A stretch of DNA of 64,000 bases from Macrostomum lignano (Eukaryota), in the NCBI GenBank assembly GCA_002269645.1, contig NIVC01000455.1, forward strand, positions 124,001-188,000, read 5' to 3'. The number at the start of each line of letters is the position of its first letter. The first letter of the stretch is position 1. Of the stretch, positions 60,960 through 64,000 are shown one piece after another. The position numbers and the translations under genes were made by a program. A model generated the notes under the pieces. That model ran no database searches, was not told the DNA's origin, and worked only from the letters and a program-made list of their open reading frames with translations.

Positions 60960-61650
60960 GTCCCTTTTCTCGAGGAGCTCGGCAACACGCTCGCTCAGCG
61001 ATGTCTTTTCAAAGCGCTTGATCTTAACCAGGCCGATGCTGCTGTACGCTGCTTCCAATATTACCGACCTGAGCCTTCCTTTGTCCACCGCCGCCGTCTT
61101 CCCTTGCTCCATAAGGTTGATGCCATCCGCCACTTTTCGCCGGTACACCTCCCAGTCCGTTTTCGCCCAGCACCACACCAGGCATTCTTGGACTACGGCC
61201 TGGGCGTGCTTAGTCCGTGCGTGGTCCGTGCTTAGTCCAGGATCCGTGCGTGGTCAGATCCTAATCTTTTTGCAACCGTCCAGCTTGGGTTCCAGCTACG
61301 GAAAGCCGCTTTGCTGCACAGCGTAATGTCCGGTGCACTGGGGTGTTCGGTCCCTCTCGCTCTCCTGGTCGGCGTACCGTCGTTAAGCAGGATGTTGCTG
61401 CTGTTGGCTATCCACTCCTCGATCCTCTCGCCACGGCTGTCAGTCCTCGCGTCCAGATCCCAGCTGGAGCCGTGGGCGTTGGCGTCGCCTAGCCAGAGCC
61501 CCCCCAGTCGTCTTCTTCCATGCTGATCAGATTGCCCACCGCTCGGTCCGGTCCGCTACCCTTAGGCGGGGCATAGAAGTTGTACAGCCTTATCGGTTCC
61601 TCTTTGGTCCAGAAGACCTGATGGCTAGTTCCTCCAGGTAGCTTTTTTCT
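60960..61650 (-). pseudogene. Non-LTR retrotransposon APE endonuclease fragment
   Basis: LYNFYAPP, DANAH, LLNDGTPT, APDITL and LGSDHA motifs followed by a W..TDW linker. Confidence 0.85.
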
Positions 61651-61714
61651 TGGCCTGGTGAGGAGGCGATCGCGGAGGCGATCGGCCGTGGTCTGCTGAA
61701 TATTGAATGTTGCA

Positions 61715-61895
61715 CTGACCTGGAGCAGAAATCAGCCACCGTTTCGTGACCAAATTGCGACACCAAGTGGAATGCCGATGTCCCATCATCTTGAAGATCA
61801 ACAACTGCAGCTTCTGCGTTTATCAGTAAACTCACAATTCGAGCGTGCTCCTGTTGGGTTGAAATGTGCAGCAGTGGGATACCACGTTTTTGTGT
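61715..61895 (-). pseudogene. Ankyrin-repeat fragment (about two degenerate repeats)
   Basis: GIPLLHISTQQEHARIVSLLINAEA and GTSAFHLVSQFGHETVA. Confidence 0.55.
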
Positions 61896-62439
61896 TGTGT
61901 TCGGATCGTATGTTTTCAGCGCACGTCTAATGTAAAGGCAAACACTCAGGCTCGAAGCCTAACCAACACAAAGTAGCAAAATGAATATTAAGCACTCTCA
62001 AAGTCTGTGTGTTTAGACCATAGATCTTATATTCTCTAGATAGGCCACTTTGTAATACGGCAATAGTATATTACTAGCCTAATAGCCCCCCCCCCCCTCC
62101 GAGTGGCATAAAAAAGGTTGCACAGAACTGAGGTTACAGCAAAAGCAAAGTTTAGAATTATTAATAGAACAGACTAAGATTAATAGAACCATAAACAAAC
62201 AACTAAAATTTGAGCTCTGACTGCCAGAAAAATACACTATTTAAAGAGGAAAAACACAGTTTTTCGACATTTTACTGTACTCAGAATTATCATAAACACA
62301 CTAAAAACTAATGGTATCATCCTTGTTAAAAGAGAAATATTTATGTGAAAACGCGATCAAAATTGATCAAAGCTACCAATCTGTAGAGCGTTACAGACAG
62401 ACAGACACACAAACAGACAAACAGAAATTAGAGAATTAA

Positions 62440-64000
62440 CTAGAGAATTTGCCCCTCCTTCGGGGGGAGACTGTACAGTTCTCTTTGGATTAGACGCAAT
62501 CTTCCATTGGATTTTTAAGGCCTAAATTAACAATCAAATAAAACCGACGTCCATTTTGTACTCAAAAGTATGCTGATATACAGAACAAGTAAGAAAAGCA
62601 TCCGACCATGGACATGTTGAAGTTATTGCGGGCAAACTTATCACTTTTTATTTCAGAGACTCGCTTTTAATTATTACTTTTAGCATGTGGCATAAGGTTA
62701 CAATTGTATTTTTGCGGGTGAATTTAGTTAGTTAGTATAGTTTAGTTAGTTGGGTTAGTTTAGTTTTATTCGATTAAAAATTCTGGAACAAATTTAAGTA
62801 GTAGTTAATTTGCTTGAAAGTTTGAGAACAAAAGTTTGATCTAGCAAATTGAAATTTTCAGCAGCATTGAATCTTAACGTAATCGACAACGATTAACTTA
62901 AACAGCAACCTAAAATTACTTGCAGCATATCCTAAATAATTATTTAACCATAAAATATCCTCGGTTACTTGGGGTTGTAGCAGATTCCCGTATTTTTCAG
63001 GGATTTTACCGTAAGCTTTCCATCTTTCATAGGAATTCGTTACAAATGTTCAACAGGCCGACGTACTAAAATGGAAAGTGTATTAATGTGTTCTTCAAGT
63101 ACAAACTATTAAAAAGTCAAATCATACCCGTTAATATACATATGTATATATAAGTACCCGTTGCGCTCCACAGCGGATAACAACTCGACGCATCCGGTCG
63201 ATATGCGGCTGCATCGACGCTGGGAATTCAAATGCAAGCACGTCGTCAGCTGCGGTGTCAGTAATGTCCATAGTTGAGCTATTAGCTAGCGGTAGAAATT
63301 GGGTGCTGCTCTCGGACTCTTCGTACCAGGTTTTCAGATCTTGAGCAGTGTCGTGAACAGGCGAATACGAAATAGTTGATGATGAGCAACCAAGACAAAG
63401 CGAGCCGGCGTACTCTTGAATCTTGGCTTTTCTAATGGCGACTACGTCTCCTGGTCTCCACAAATGTACCTGGGTAGCAGAGGCGTCCCAGAAGTTGCAA
63501 AAAGTCTGAAAACCAGATTTGTCTACGATGCAGACTTTTGCGAGCTGCACCAACTTTCCGGAACGCGTGTTGACGTCAACGGGTTGTTCCACTTTGACAA
63601 TGACACCGAGAACATCAACAAAACTGAAAATATGAAGAATGAAAATGTGTGAAGTATATATATCTTCCTGTTTATTCTACATTTTGAGGATGGACTTACC
63701 CATTCACTCCAATTCTTGGTAGTTCGGAGAGCGCTTTGAACGGACCATTTATGGGAACTATCGCATCGCTACACTGGCGGAGAGAGTCCTTGTTATCCTC
63801 ATTGATTGACAGAGTAACTTCATGCATATTGCTTGTTCGGTTGAATTTTGGATTAGCACACTTTACCATTCCTTCACGGATGGAGATTGTTTGCCCGTTT
63901 TCGCAAATGCTCCAGTGTTCTTGCAACTCATCGCCAAAAACTGCCACTCTGATTTCACCTGACTCATCTGACATCAAAAACGAAAACCATTTGTTCTTCT
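62440..64000 (-). mobile_element. 3' end of a second Helitron, continuing beyond the window
   Basis: Hairpin ccccccgaaggagggg ~9 nt before the terminal CTAG, followed by T; RPA-like gene upstream. Confidence 0.75.
63131..64000 (-). CDS. Second Helitron-type RPA70-like protein, 5' end outside the window; exons >64000-63700 and 63623-63131
   Basis: MSDESGEIRVAVF, FVDVLGVI, IVDKSGFQTFCNFWD; 76-bp phase-2 GT-AG intron. Confidence 0.8.

Overview
This is eukaryotic (invertebrate animal) genomic DNA, not prokaryotic. GC-rich spliced genes, AT-rich spacers and dense minisatellites suggest a Macrostomum-like flatworm, but that assignment is inference only. The first ~24 kb holds three intact intron-containing host genes that I could splice by hand into continuous reading frames. 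These are a PP1 glycogen-targeting subunit (PPP1R3-like, minus), a miRNA-class Argonaute with a full DEDH tetrad (minus, ~950 aa) and a classical calpain (plus, ~705 aa) arranged head-to-head with the Argonaute. Eleven of their 14 coding-region introns each carry a different tandem-repeat array, and one array is ~35 copies of the gene's own 5' splice site. About 26-32 kb is unassigned AT-rich DNA with small MITEs. About 33-64 kb is a nested transposon graveyard of several Ty3/Gypsy elements, two mariners, a DIRS/Ngaro fragment, a LINE endonuclease fragment and two Helitrons with RPA70-like genes. From 38 kb onward almost every element is on the minus strand, as expected of a uni-strand piRNA-cluster-like locus. 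Most long ORFs in the supplied track are repeat artefacts or antisense shadows.
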